A stretch of 59,495 bases of DNA from Spirochaetota bacterium (GCA_016931325.1 JAFGFC010000090.1:1-59495); one strand, 5' to 3'; counted from the stretch's first letter, positions 19,070 to 28,153 are shown. Made by a program: numbers and translations. The notes: generated by a model from the letters alone, not told the origin.

Positions 19070-21033
19070 AAATATTTATTATTATTATTTCAGTATTATT
19101 TGTTCTAACACCGTCTTATGCATCATCACTGTTAAATTTCGCACATTATAACAGCCGTGTTTACGGGAGTGCAGAGTCAATTTTAGTCGAGAAGAACGAT
19201 CTTAATAATCTGGATATCTTTCCCGCTTCTCTGGCCACCCTGGACCATCCGGCTTTGAGCATAGGATATCTGAAATGGTCTGACTGGCTTTCCATCATGC
19301 GACTGGCCTATGCCCAAAATCTCTCTTCTTTTGGGGTTCTCGGTGGCTCTGTAAATCTGGCTTCTCTAAAAGAAGTAAATAACTATGACCGTTATGGAAA
19401 TCTTTTAGGTCATGTGAAGAACAGTGATGTATTGATCAACCTGGGGTTGGGAAAGGATCTTTCCTTCCTTGCCACGGGAATAAATTTAAAATACCTTAAC
19501 ATGAACCTTGATGAAAATAATAAAAATTTTTTAGGCCTGGGTGTGTCAGTCCTTTTACCTTTAAATTTTAAAGGCATCAATATTGATAAAAAACACAATT
19601 TTAAAGCAGGGATTTCCTTACAGAACCTTGGTCTTTTAAAACTGGATCACGACACCTCTTATCCCCTCTCTTTTTATGGTGGATTTAGCTATGAATTCTT
19701 AAAAATATCTGATATACTAATAAAGATCGGATCCACGTTCACGCATATCACAAAATATTCCCATAACTATATATCCGCCGGATATGAATTAAATTATAAT
19801 GACCTTTTGTTCTTTCGCAATGGCTTTTATTTATTAAAAAGAGATATAGACAGAATGGCTTTTGGGGTAGGGATACGGGCTGATCAAAGATTAAAGAAAG
19901 ATTTCTTAAAAGATACCATCTTTGAGATCGACTACAGCGTGTCCCTTCTGGAAGAGGGGTTATCCCATTTTGTGCAACTTGGTATTTTATTTATACCCCC
20001 CGGGAAAATAAAAGAAAAAGATTTTGAACTTTCCGAAGAACAGGACGCGATATTTTTCACGATCAACAACAAAGGCAAACCCTTGTACGATGACATCCAT
20101 TCCCTTTTAACACCTAAAGGGAAACAGGTATTGGATGAGTTCCTTGGCCATCTGGACCAGGAGTACAAGCGTATCGTTATCAAGGTCAATCTGGATGAGA
20201 TTGGTACCCGCAAAGCCAATTTTACTCTGCCTGACAAATTGAAAGCAGAAATGGGAACATATCTCATTAATAATGGCGTGGTAAAAGAAAAGATCACCTT
20301 CAAGGCCTTTGGCCGTTTGCTCTCTGTTAACCAGAAAGAGGAAGAAGGGATTTCAGATTTACGATACAAGATCGTTGTCCAGCTGTGGGAAGAGGGTGAA
20401 AAAGAAAAATTTGACTCGCATTTTTACAACGGGCTTGACGCTTTTCTCAAAGAAGGCTATGATAAGGCCCTTGATGAATGGGAACAGGCCCTGATGATCG
20501 ATCCCGAGAACGAGGATCTGAAAGATAGGATCGAACAGGTTAAGAAACTGGGGGGTATTCATGACAAGTCTGTCAGAGCCTACATCGATATGCCGGAGAA
20601 GATCAGTAAGAAATATAAGAATTTTATAGTGATCATATTGCCCTATGAAAATACCGGGGATTCTGAAAAATGGGCTCTTTTGAAAAGGACCATCCCTGAT
20701 TCGGTCGGTTCAAGCCTGGACAATTACAGCTATATAAAAGTTATCGGGAGAGGGGTTCTTGAAGAATATATGTTAAAAAAAGAATGGGAAGAAAAGGACC
20801 TGGCTGATGAATATCTCAAAATAGCTCAGGAGCTGAGGACCGATATCGTCATCACAGGCAGTTTTATCCAGACAGGCCGCCGATTGGAGATCAAGACCAC
20901 CCTCTATGATACTCAAACAGGCTCAGCGTTCTCTAAAATCAGAGTTGTCGGAGAGGTGGGTGTCAATATGTTCGATTATATGGACAAAACCGTCAAGTCG
21001 ATCATTAAAGTTTTAAAAGAACACAAGGAGTAA
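19066..21033 (+). CDS. PorV-like barrel fused to degenerate OmpA-C-like, TPR and TolB_N/FlgO-like domains
   Basis: Signal peptide; IFPASLA, NNYDRYGN, GINLKYL, SLQNLG, FFRNGF, GLSHFVQLG barrel motifs; LTPKGKQVLDEF..YLINNGV; YDKALDEWEQALMIDPEN; IILPYEN..IAQELRTDIVITGSF..LYDTQTG; ATGA overlap with the upstream gene. Confidence 0.65.
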   Translation: MKIFIIIISVLFVLTPSYASSLLNFAHYNSRVYGSAESILVEKNDLNNLDIFPASLATLDHPALSIGYLKWSDWLSIMRLAYAQNLSSFGVLGGSVNLASLKEVNNYDRYGNLLGHVKNSDVLINLGLGKDLSFLATGINLKYLNMNLDENNKNFLGLGVSVLLPLNFKGINIDKKHNFKAGISLQNLGLLKLDHDTSYPLSFYGGFSYEFLKISDILIKIGSTFTHITKYSHNYISAGYELNYNDLLFFRNGFYLLKRDIDRMAFGVGIRADQRLKKDFLKDTIFEIDYSVSLLEEGLSHFVQLGILFIPPGKIKEKDFELSEEQDAIFFTINNKGKPLYDDIHSLLTPKGKQVLDEFLGHLDQEYKRIVIKVNLDEIGTRKANFTLPDKLKAEMGTYLINNGVVKEKITFKAFGRLLSVNQKEEEGISDLRYKIVVQLWEEGEKEKFDSHFYNGLDAFLKEGYDKALDEWEQALMIDPENEDLKDRIEQVKKLGGIHDKSVRAYIDMPEKISKKYKNFIVIILPYENTGDSEKWALLKRTIPDSVGSSLDNYSYIKVIGRGVLEEYMLKKEWEEKDLADEYLKIAQELRTDIVITGSFIQTGRRLEIKTTLYDTQTGSAFSKIRVVGEVGVNMFDYMDKTVKSIIKVLKEHKE

Positions 21034-21035
21034 TT

Positions 21036-21653
21036 TTGCCAGAATTTTATCTTTTATTGATCCTCCCCTTTTTATTCACCCTTTTTAACCAGAGGCAGAG
21101 ACTGGAAGATGAAAAAGATAACCAGCTGGTGAATATTATTCTTTCTAATGAACATCAGGCGGATCTGGCTTTTCGAGAAATATACCGCAGGTATCACAAG
21201 CGGATCTTTAAACTGATCCATAATTCGGTCGATAACATCGATGATTGCATGGATCTGTTCCAGCAGACCTTTTTAAACGTTTATAAAAGCATGAATTCAT
21301 TTAATCCCAAATATCAGTTCTCCACCTGGATCTACCGTATCGCCACTAATGTAGTATTAAATTACAGGCGGTCACAGGGACGGGCGTTTAAATTTCTGCA
21401 GAAATATGAAAAGATCCAGAAACCTTTTTTTGAACCTGACTTTGCGGATCAGATATACAAGGATGAAATGTTGAATAAACTTCACCAGGCGATAAAGAAA
21501 TTGCCGCATGCGTTCAGCATGCCCCTGTTATTGACCACGATAGGCGAACTAAAGACCAGAGAAGTAGCCGGTATATTAAAGATCACACAGAGCGCGGTAA
21601 GAAAAAGGATCACCCGGGCCAAGGAACTGTTGAAAGACAATTTAAATATCTAA
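21036..21653 (+). CDS. ECF RNA polymerase sigma factor
   Basis: Region 2 AFREIYRRY..DLFQQTF..FSTWIYRIATN; region 4 AIKKLP..EVAGIL..AVRKRITRAKELLK; AAGGAG SD before TTG. Confidence 0.9.
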   Translation: MPEFYLLLILPFLFTLFNQRQRLEDEKDNQLVNIILSNEHQADLAFREIYRRYHKRIFKLIHNSVDNIDDCMDLFQQTFLNVYKSMNSFNPKYQFSTWIYRIATNVVLNYRRSQGRAFKFLQKYEKIQKPFFEPDFADQIYKDEMLNKLHQAIKKLPHAFSMPLLLTTIGELKTREVAGILKITQSAVRKRITRAKELLKDNLNI

Positions 21654-21660
21654 AATTGTT

Positions 21661-21690
21661 TTCTCTTTTTTTACGGAACGGTTTATAATA
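21661..21690 (+). promoter_or_regulatory. Degenerate copy of the locus promoter motif upstream of the anti-sigma gene
   Basis: TTCTCTTTTTTT..CGGTTTATAATA resembles TTCCTCATTTTT..CGGTGTATAATC at 6939-6968. Confidence 0.4.
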
Positions 21691-21716
21691 TAATGAGAAC
21701 AAAAAGAAGGTGAATC

Positions 21717-23567
21717 ATGGCCGATATTGAAACCCTTTTGGAGAAACTGAAAAAAGCGTCCATCGACCTGCCTGATGCCCTGTATGAAAATATATCAGAA
21801 GGAATAAAAGATATCAGAGAAAAAAAGAACAAAAGGTTCTTATGGATAAAAATGAAACAGGTTCAGCTCCGCTATGCGGTGGCGTTAGCTGTTTTCATAT
21901 TACTGACAGGGCTCTCTTATCTCTATCTGATAGATATTAATGTCACCGTGATCAGCACGAAAGGGTCACTCACAGCCTCTTCAGTGAAAAATGAATGGCG
22001 TATCCTCAAAGCAGGTGAACGTTTAAAAAAAGGCGATATACTGCAAACCTCAAAAAATAGCGTTGCCGTATTACGGTTCGGCAAAGGGCTGACTCTCGAA
22101 TTGAAAGATGAAAATATTCTTAAAATAAATGAATTAAAAAAATGGCCGGGACATGAATCCTGCCGGATCACAGTAAACCGGGGTAATCAGATATATGATA
22201 TAACAAAAAACGCACAAATTGAGCTTTTTACCGATGACGTTAACATCAGGAACATGGGAACAAAATTCAATATGATCTGTGATCAAAAGGGGACAGGGAT
22301 CAGGGTAGAAAAAGGCAAGGTGGCCTTGAAACGAAATATCATGGACCCGGACCGTCTTAACAGGCTGCATTATGAAAACAAGTCTCTTAAAAGCAAATTG
22401 CACGGCCTTTTTGGTAAAGAGACTATTCTGCATACAGGAGAATGGACCTTTATTAAACGGAACCAAAAATTAAAAGTACAGTCCCTTATTGAACAACTCA
22501 TCGTGAATGATGACAGGGTTAATAGTCAGATCATATCGCTGATACAGAAGGATCTGGCTATTGAAAAGAAAGGGGGGCTTCAACCTCTGTGGACCTATAG
22601 TATGAAAAGTCCGATATGGGCCTCACCTGTCTTTTCAGACCAGCAGATCTATCTGGCCGCAGAGAACGGGTCAATCGCCTGCCTGTCCGGGAACGGGAAT
22701 GTGCTCTGGAAGAGAAAGCATCAGACATCATTTTTTAATTCAGGACTGGTATATAAGAACAGCTTTTATATTATTGACAGCCGGGGCATGCTGCTTACTA
22801 TTAATAAAGACAACTCGGATATCATCCGGGTAAAGCAGGTGGGTGAGACCATGTACTCTGCTCCGCTCGTGGTCTTTGGCAGTATGATCATTGCCACTAC
22901 CTCGGGAGACATGCTGGCCCTGGAACCTGATACCGGAAAAACCATATGGAAAAAGAGTTTTTACAGCGGTATTTTTTCCCAACCTTTTTTTTACAGGGGA
23001 AAGATCTTTTTTGGCACTGAAAATGGCGCTGTCTATGGCTTGAACTACTTTAATGCCGACATAGAATGGAAAATAGATACAGGGAAACGAATTGCTATCT
23101 CTTCTCCTGTCGTCCACAACAGCATTCTTTATATCGCCAACCATAAAGGATCCCTTTTTGCTATAGAGACAGAAAAAGGAAAGATCATCTGGCAAACGGG
23201 GATCGAAGGCAAGATTCTATCAGATCTGTTGATACAGGATAATCATTTATATGCCGCCACGTCCCGGGGCACTCTGTATTGCTTTACTATAAAAGGCAAG
23301 ATCAGATGGAAATTGAACCTGAAAGAGACCGTGCAGACATCCTTCATCTGTTGCAGGAATGATATCATCCTTCCCACCAGGCAGGGTAATGTCTATTTTA
23401 TCAATAAAGAGAAAGGCCTGGTTGAAAAAATAATTCCCCTGGATGAAGAGATCGCCAGCCCGCCTGTTATGAGAAATAACTCGATCTATATCACCACCAT
23501 GAAAGGGAATATATTTAAATTTTCTTTCAAAAACAGCATGATAGCCACCCATGAGGGGCTTTTTTAA
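21717..23567 (+). CDS. Putative anti-sigma factor: short cytoplasmic N-terminus, one TM helix, FecR domain, PQQ/BamB-like beta-propeller
   Basis: TM YAVALAVFILLTGLSYLYLI; FecR LKKGDILQT..MGTKF..VEKGKV; repeated SP.v....Y.....G.l.A.....GK..W blades; directly after the ECF sigma. Confidence 0.78.
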   Translation: MADIETLLEKLKKASIDLPDALYENISEGIKDIREKKNKRFLWIKMKQVQLRYAVALAVFILLTGLSYLYLIDINVTVISTKGSLTASSVKNEWRILKAGERLKKGDILQTSKNSVAVLRFGKGLTLELKDENILKINELKKWPGHESCRITVNRGNQIYDITKNAQIELFTDDVNIRNMGTKFNMICDQKGTGIRVEKGKVALKRNIMDPDRLNRLHYENKSLKSKLHGLFGKETILHTGEWTFIKRNQKLKVQSLIEQLIVNDDRVNSQIISLIQKDLAIEKKGGLQPLWTYSMKSPIWASPVFSDQQIYLAAENGSIACLSGNGNVLWKRKHQTSFFNSGLVYKNSFYIIDSRGMLLTINKDNSDIIRVKQVGETMYSAPLVVFGSMIIATTSGDMLALEPDTGKTIWKKSFYSGIFSQPFFYRGKIFFGTENGAVYGLNYFNADIEWKIDTGKRIAISSPVVHNSILYIANHKGSLFAIETEKGKIIWQTGIEGKILSDLLIQDNHLYAATSRGTLYCFTIKGKIRWKLNLKETVQTSFICCRNDIILPTRQGNVYFINKEKGLVEKIIPLDEEIASPPVMRNNSIYITTMKGNIFKFSFKNSMIATHEGLF

Positions 23568-23569
23568 AA

Positions 23570-23606
23570 TTCCTGTTTTTTCTTCTCCGGTGTATAATCT
23601 ATAAAA
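23570..23606 (+). promoter_or_regulatory. Conserved promoter-like element copy 2
   Basis: CTCCGGTGTATAATCTATAAAA at 23585-23606 is identical to 6954-6975; followed by AAGGAGG SD. Confidence 0.7.
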
Positions 23607-23624
23607 AGAAAAAGGAGGCTTTTT

Positions 23625-23822
23625 ATGGATTTGGATATTAAAGAGAACACCGAGATCGAGGTTTATAACATCATGGGTCAGTTGATCGTCATTATCGAAT
23701 CTTCTTCAAAATTCAAAGATATCCTCTTAGGCCGCGAGTATAAAGGATATTATTTTATATCGTATATCAATACCCAGGGTCAGAAAATAACCACGACGCT
23801 GAGGAAAACGAATCCCTTTTAG
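23625..23822 (+). CDS. 65-aa protein resembling an isolated T9SS-type C-terminal sorting domain
   Basis: Perfect AAGGAGG SD; IEVYNIMGQLI..KGYYFI..KITTTLRK matches the I.IYN..GQ.V..G.Y.V pattern; no signal peptide. Confidence 0.55.
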   Translation: MDLDIKENTEIEVYNIMGQLIVIIESSSKFKDILLGREYKGYYFISYINTQGQKITTTLRKTNPF

Positions 23823-23829
23823 AACAATC

Positions 23830-24699
23830 TTAGAATCTGGCCGAGACAACCCTTTTTCTTTTTTCGTAATCTCTGATGATCTTTATCTTTTTAAATCCGG
23901 ATCGCTCCAACAACCCTGTTATATCAGGACAGAGCACAGGATTCATTTCCATGAACAGGTTTCCCTTTTGATTCAGATATTGTGTGGATTGATTAATGAT
24001 CTTTTCATAAAAAAGGTATCCGTCCCTTCCGCCATCCAGTGCCCTAACCGGTTCATATTCTTTGACATCCGGCATCAGGGTATTTAATTCCCAGGTGGGA
24101 ATATAAGGGGGATTGGAAACGATGATATCATATTTTTGATGGATGTTCTCAAAAAGATCAGAATGAAGAAATTGTATATCGTGCTCCCCCAGTATTGTTG
24201 AAGCGTTCTCCCGGGCTACGGTGAGAGCCTCTTTGGAAATATCAGTGGCTGTGATCCTGAGGGTCGGATTATGTTTTTTCAAACTGATGGCGATATTGCC
24301 CGAACCGGTCCCTATATCCAGAACCGTTTTTTCTTTAAATTTCTGATCAAGGATCGCTTCAACTAAAATTTCGGTTTCAGGCCGCGGGATAAGAACATTT
24401 TCTGTCACCTTGAAGCTGAGGCTGTAAAATTCCTTTTTTCCGGTTATGTAAGCGATAGGCTCGGCTTTTTTTCTTCTGCTGACCATCTCTTTCAGTTTTT
24501 TATATTCCTCTTTTTTCAGACTCATATCATGCTCGGTATAGAGTTTGATCCGGGGATAGTTCAGGATATAGGACAAAAGGACCTCGACATCCATCCTGGG
24601 TGTATTGATACCTGAGGATTTTAAAACCTGAGAGTACTTTTTCATATAAAAGGATAATTTCTTTTTCATAATATTGAATAACCCCGGCTCAGGCCGCAT
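23830..24699 (-). CDS. prmC: Release factor glutamine methyltransferase
   Basis: EPIAYITG, VLIPRPETE, LDIGTGSG, VSNPPY, EPVRALDGG; follows prfA; exact start uncertain. Confidence 0.93.
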   Translation of the reverse strand: MRPEPGLFNIMKKKLSFYMKKYSQVLKSSGINTPRMDVEVLLSYILNYPRIKLYTEHDMSLKKEEYKKLKEMVSRRKKAEPIAYITGKKEFYSLSFKVTENVLIPRPETEILVEAILDQKFKEKTVLDIGTGSGNIAISLKKHNPTLRITATDISKEALTVARENASTILGEHDIQFLHSDLFENIHQKYDIIVSNPPYIPTWELNTLMPDVKEYEPVRALDGGRDGYLFYEKIINQSTQYLNQKGNLFMEMNPVLCPDITGLLERSGFKKIKIIRDYEKRKRVVSARF

Positions 24700-25750
24700 C
24701 CACTTTTTCTTTTTCGTGGAACGTGATAAGGCTGTTCACAATATCATCAATATCGCCGTCCATGATCTTATCCAGTTTGTAGAGCGTCAAATTGATCCTG
24801 TGGTCAGTAACCCTGTTCTGGGGATAATTATAGGTCCTGATCTTTTCACTTCTGTCCCCTGACCCTATCATGGATTTCCTCTGGCTATCGATCTTATCCT
24901 GAATGTCCTTCTGCTGTTTTTCGTATAATCGGGCTCGAAGGATCTGCATGGCCTTGGCCTTATTTTGATGTTGCGACCGTTCATCCTGGCAGGACACCAC
25001 GATCCCTGTGGGCGCATGAGTTATCCTCACAGCCGAATCTGTGGTATTCACGTGCTGTCCTCCGGCACCCGAAGCACGAAAGACATCGATCTTGAGATCT
25101 TTAGGATCAATGTCAACTTCTTCTTCCTCGATCTGCGGGAGAACAGCCACAGAAACGGCCGACGTATGGATCCTTCCGCCGGATTCGGTCACCGGGATAC
25201 GCTGGACCCTGTGCACCCCGCTTTCAAACTTTAAATGGAAATAGACATCTTTCCCTTTGACATAAACTATAATTTCTTTAAAACCGTTCAGATCGGAAGC
25301 ATGAGAGCTCATGATCTCCATCTTCCATTTTTTCTTTTCGCAGTATTTCTGGTACATCCTGAAAAGATCACCGGCAAAAATAGCGGATTCCTCGCCTCCG
25401 GTTCCGGCCCTGATCTCTAAAAAGGCGTTCTTTTCATCCTGAGGATCTTTTTTTACCAGACGGGATCGTATTTTCTTTTCAACCGTTTCAAATTCTTTTC
25501 TTAATTTCTCCATTTCAGAGGCCGCCATGTCGCCCATCTCCTCATCTTCCAGCAGAGCCTGTGCCTCCTGTTTCTCTTTTTCGATCTCTGTATACCGTTT
25601 ATACAGGGAAAGCAATTCCTCGATCCCGGAACGCTCTTTTAAGATCTGACCGTATTTTTTATTATCTTTAATAAGATTCTTATCCAGTAAAATTTTATCG
25701 ATCTCAGCCAGTCTGTTCTCCTTTTCTTTTATTTTTGTTGGATTAATCAT
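24689..25750 (-). CDS. prfA: Peptide chain release factor 1
   Basis: EIRAGTGGEES, RF1 PxT motif in RIPVTESGGRIHTS, GAGGQHVNTTDSAVR, GDRSEKIRTYN. Confidence 0.97.
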   Translation of the reverse strand: MINPTKIKEKENRLAEIDKILLDKNLIKDNKKYGQILKERSGIEELLSLYKRYTEIEKEKQEAQALLEDEEMGDMAASEMEKLRKEFETVEKKIRSRLVKKDPQDEKNAFLEIRAGTGGEESAIFAGDLFRMYQKYCEKKKWKMEIMSSHASDLNGFKEIIVYVKGKDVYFHLKFESGVHRVQRIPVTESGGRIHTSAVSVAVLPQIEEEEVDIDPKDLKIDVFRASGAGGQHVNTTDSAVRITHAPTGIVVSCQDERSQHQNKAKAMQILRARLYEKQQKDIQDKIDSQRKSMIGSGDRSEKIRTYNYPQNRVTDHRINLTLYKLDKIMDGDIDDIVNSLITFHEKEKVDAA

Positions 25751-25759
25751 AGGGAATAA

Positions 25760-25787
25760 ATATTATTAAACTTATTTGCTTTGTCAA
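25760..25787 (-). promoter_or_regulatory. sigma70-type promoter of prfA-prmC
   Basis: Minus strand TTGACA-16nt-TAATAT, 9 nt from the ATG, no SD. Confidence 0.55.
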
Positions 25788-25822
25788 GAAGAAAAAAACG
25801 ATCACGAGAAGCGAGATTTTAT

Positions 25823-28153
25823 TTAATAGTTGTATATGACTTTGTGCACGCGTTTATCTTTAAACAGAGGCACAAGATTTCCTTTTACGGCCTTCCCATC
25901 AACTATCAGATTGCGTTCCCGTTGTCCCTGTTGGATCAATATATTATATCGGGTATCACGAAAAATCCGTTTCATCCTGACATTGTTTATGTTTTGTGGC
26001 AAACGGGGTTCTATCCGTAACCCGTTAAAATCCGGCTTGACGCCGATGATCCACTCTGTGGCTCCAATATAGGTCCAGACCGCTGTACCGGTATTCCAGG
26101 TAAACGTCCCCTGTCCGTAATTCTTATTGCCCGGACCAATAACATATTCAGCCCAGACATAAGGTTCCACTTTGTATTTATCCGCATCCTGTTTCGCCCG
26201 GCTTGTGGGAATTAATTTCTTCATTGTCTGAAACGCCTCTTTATTACGGGAAACCATACAGTCAGCCACGATCTTAAAGGCTACGGCATGAGAAAAAACA
26301 GCCGCATTCTCTTTGGTCCCTTCAGCAAAAGCCGTGACACGGCCGATCTTAGGGTTAAACTTATGATAGGGAGGTTTAAAAAGCACAGGCCCATAGGGAG
26401 TATCCAGAGAATCGATGGCCTTTAAAACATAGGGCAGTTTACTCTTGTCATACACCTGACCCAGGATCGCCCAGGTTTGAGAATTTAATGGAATCGACCG
26501 GTCTCCGATCTTCTCACCATGGTCATTATAGGCGGCTATATAATGTTTACCGTTCCATCCCCATTGATTAACAGCCTTTTTCATTTTCTGATATATATTA
26601 TCCATTCTATTAACTGTTTTATTATCTTTCAAATATCCGGCCATTTCCTTTACAATTAAAGCAGCCCAGCAAACCGCTTCCCCAAGCCATATCGATTCTC
26701 CTTTATTCTTCGTTCCTATCCTGTCATAAGCGTCATTCCAGTCAGCGATCTTTATAAGAGGAAGACCGTGTTTTCCGATCGATCTTGATACATATTCTAC
26801 CGCTTTTATAATATGATCATAAACAGTATCTTCGCCTTTATCCAGATATTTTACTCTTGTTCTTAAAAACTTGAAATCACCGGTCTCTTTAATATATTTT
26901 ATAACAGCATTGGGTAACCATATGGCTACATCTGATTTGCCTGATACGATCTTGGCTTCGGGATTAATGTCCCAGGCTCCTTCAATAACAGAAAAACCGG
27001 ATACAGCATTTCCATTGCTGAATTGAAATCGCAAAAGGTCCATCAGCTTCTTTCTGGCCAGATCCCGGTCCAGCCCCGCAATACCCTCCACATCCTGCGC
27101 CAGGTCCCTGTAACCCAGGCCCCCTTCCGTCCCATGATAGGGGGATGTTCCTCGCCAACGGGTAATGGCCAGCAGCTGATATTTACCCCATATATTGACC
27201 ATTCTGTCCAGTTCTTCATCATGGGTGGTTACCCATAATCTTTCCAGGATGTTCTTCCAGGCCGTTCTTGTCCTCTGGATCGTTTCAGGGATAACATCTT
27301 TTGTTTGAAAATATTTTTTCTTTATTTTTTTAATATCAGACCTGTTCTCCGCAAATCCCAGAATGACATTAAAATGTCTGCTCTGATCCGGCTTTAGTTC
27401 CAGATCGACTTGAAAGACACCGACCATGTCTTCGCCTCTGTTGGGGGAATTAGACAGACTCTTTTTTTTCAACCCCACCGGATCCTCAATGGTATGATGC
27501 ATGCCGAAAAATTCCAGCTTGTTTGTTTCAAAGCTTTTCACTTTCGTATCTGTGATAAAAAAGGTATAGTTCTCTATCTCCCTGTGGGGGAAAGGCATCT
27601 TTGTAAAAATTAACGATCTTTCTTTAATACTTCCTTCAGCTACATTGTAAAGTCTCATGATGTTCCTGTACCTTGCTTCAAGGTCCGCATCTCCGGCAAT
27701 AATATCAACAAAAGGATAGGCTTCGATCTTGATCTTTTTCTTTGTCCTGTTTGTCAATGTCACAGACCAGATCTCGATGGTGTCATCAAGAGGAACACAA
27801 TAATCGATCTGGGATTCAATATCGTAATGTTTTGATCTTATTCTTGTGAATCCTGGGCTGACAACGGTAAGCCAGCTCTGTACATCCTGTTTCAAAGGTT
27901 GCCAGTTGGCAGACCATATTTTACCGGCCATTTTCAGAAAAACATATCGTCCGGGGAGATCATTATCCACATTATCATATCGTAGCAATCGGTTCACCTT
28001 GGGATCGATCGCATAGCTGAATCCTCCACCGGTATGAGATATAATATTATGATATTTGTTATTGAAAAGATAGTTATACCATGGATGAGGAAGATCAGGA
28101 CGTTTAATATGGTATTCCCACCCGTTGTTCTTGAATGTGCCATAATGTTTCAT
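25823..28153 (-). CDS. GH94 glycoside phosphorylase (cellobiose/chitobiose phosphorylase-like; substrate not assignable)
   Basis: MKHYGTF..EY.I, PWYNYL, PGRYVF, GLGYRDLAQD, ADWNDA, LNSQTW, KENAAVFSHA, EPYVWAE, WNTGTAVW; GGAGG SD supports start 28153. Confidence 0.88.
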   Translation of the reverse strand: MKHYGTFKNNGWEYHIKRPDLPHPWYNYLFNNKYHNIISHTGGGFSYAIDPKVNRLLRYDNVDNDLPGRYVFLKMAGKIWSANWQPLKQDVQSWLTVVSPGFTRIRSKHYDIESQIDYCVPLDDTIEIWSVTLTNRTKKKIKIEAYPFVDIIAGDADLEARYRNIMRLYNVAEGSIKERSLIFTKMPFPHREIENYTFFITDTKVKSFETNKLEFFGMHHTIEDPVGLKKKSLSNSPNRGEDMVGVFQVDLELKPDQSRHFNVILGFAENRSDIKKIKKKYFQTKDVIPETIQRTRTAWKNILERLWVTTHDEELDRMVNIWGKYQLLAITRWRGTSPYHGTEGGLGYRDLAQDVEGIAGLDRDLARKKLMDLLRFQFSNGNAVSGFSVIEGAWDINPEAKIVSGKSDVAIWLPNAVIKYIKETGDFKFLRTRVKYLDKGEDTVYDHIIKAVEYVSRSIGKHGLPLIKIADWNDAYDRIGTKNKGESIWLGEAVCWAALIVKEMAGYLKDNKTVNRMDNIYQKMKKAVNQWGWNGKHYIAAYNDHGEKIGDRSIPLNSQTWAILGQVYDKSKLPYVLKAIDSLDTPYGPVLFKPPYHKFNPKIGRVTAFAEGTKENAAVFSHAVAFKIVADCMVSRNKEAFQTMKKLIPTSRAKQDADKYKVEPYVWAEYVIGPGNKNYGQGTFTWNTGTAVWTYIGATEWIIGVKPDFNGLRIEPRLPQNINNVRMKRIFRDTRYNILIQQGQRERNLIVDGKAVKGNLVPLFKDKRVHKVIYNY

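Noticed and set aside
7003-23822. Prophage or integrative element
   Set aside because: No integrase, transposase or phage genes; the 22-bp flanking repeat sits at promoter position before SD/ATG in both copies, which fits regulation better than att sites
24689-25750. prfB with programmed frameshift
   Set aside because: Continuous ORF with the RF1 PxT motif and adjacent prmC
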